Source of the DNA: Sphaerodactylus townsendi
Lineage: Eukaryota
DNA: 64,000 nt
Assembly (NCBI RefSeq): GCF_021028975.2
Contig: NC_059433.1
Coordinates: 49,972,001 to 50,036,000, forward strand
Direction: 5' to 3'
Position numbers and translations under genes: made by a program. The notes under the pieces were generated by a model, which made no database searches, was not told the origin of the DNA, and was given only the letters and a program-made list of their open reading frames with translations. Positions 63,316-64,000 of this stretch are shown here, in pieces (the first letter of the stretch is position 1; each line of letters begins with the position of its first letter).

Positions 63316-63900
63316 AGGGCTGAACACCAACAATTCTGCTCGGTAAATTAAGGTGCTCAGGTAAATTCAGGTGCTCGGTAAATTCACGTGGATTTTTTAA
63401 ATCCAGAATTTTTTAGATAAAGCTGAATAAAGCTGATACTCATCCACTTTATTTGGCTTTTTAGCAAAATTTGCACCTTTTCAGATTTTAAAAATTGAAG
63501 CCTGAAAATTTTTAGCTCTCCCCACCACTGCTTGTTTGCTCTCTGCAAGCAATCTGGCTAAAGTTCCCACCTCCCTCCCCAGTGGCAAAGCTGGCAGCTG
63601 GCTTTGCAATAATGGAGGGGGGTGCTTTTAGAGGGTGAAGAGCTCTATTCTCTGCAAGCAACCCAGATCAATTTGCCACCTCCCCCCCACCACCACAGAA
63701 AAGCCAGCAAATGGCTTTGCGATCAGGGAAGGGAGGTGGTTGCTTGCACAGAACGGAGGGAGCTACCTGAATGTCAATGTAAGTGAGCTGTGACATATCA
63801 AGGGAAAATATCTTTAATGACTGTTCGTTTTCTTCTATTCCACTTTTTTCCAAATTGACCCCCACACACCCCAAAAAAATAAAACCTTTGACTTGCTAGT
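63316..63900. mobile_element. Probable hAT-like non-autonomous element (left end clear, right end uncertain)
   Basis: Starts CAGGGCTGAACAC, followed by three subterminal TGCTC(A)GGTAAATT repeats (63336-63385). Confidence 0.45.
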
Positions 63901-64000
63901 TAAGATGATGGAAGGTCTGTTTACATTTTGCAACAGCATATAAAGAACTTGCAATAGCATAGTTTTCTTAATTCAACTTCCCTGAAGGAAAGAAATATTT

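Overview
This is vertebrate genomic DNA, AT-rich and CpG-depleted, with two N-gaps. The repeat content points to a squamate reptile, most likely a gecko (inference from recognised repeat families; not database-confirmed). I find no convincing host protein-coding gene, so the window reads as a large intron or intergenic stretch. Much of it is transposon-derived: CR1, L2 and RTE-X-like LINE fragments; tRNA- and 5S-derived SINEs; solo LTRs; Helitron-type elements; and many non-autonomous DNA transposons. The latter are hAT-type (several perfect 8-bp TSDs), PIF/Harbinger-type (3-bp TSDs) and Tc1/mariner-pogo-type (TA TSD), often nested inside each other. Four short Penelope-like pseudo-LTR insertions are present. 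One carries an intact minimal hammerhead ribozyme (17593-17633, minus strand) and two carry decayed copies. Leads worth follow-up: that ribozyme; a decayed 141-codon ORF inside a solo LTR (41412-41837); fold-back MITE cores in unrelated superfamilies that present a consensus splice donor on both strands; and two weak exon candidates. I cannot support a claim of a wholly new biological system from sequence alone.
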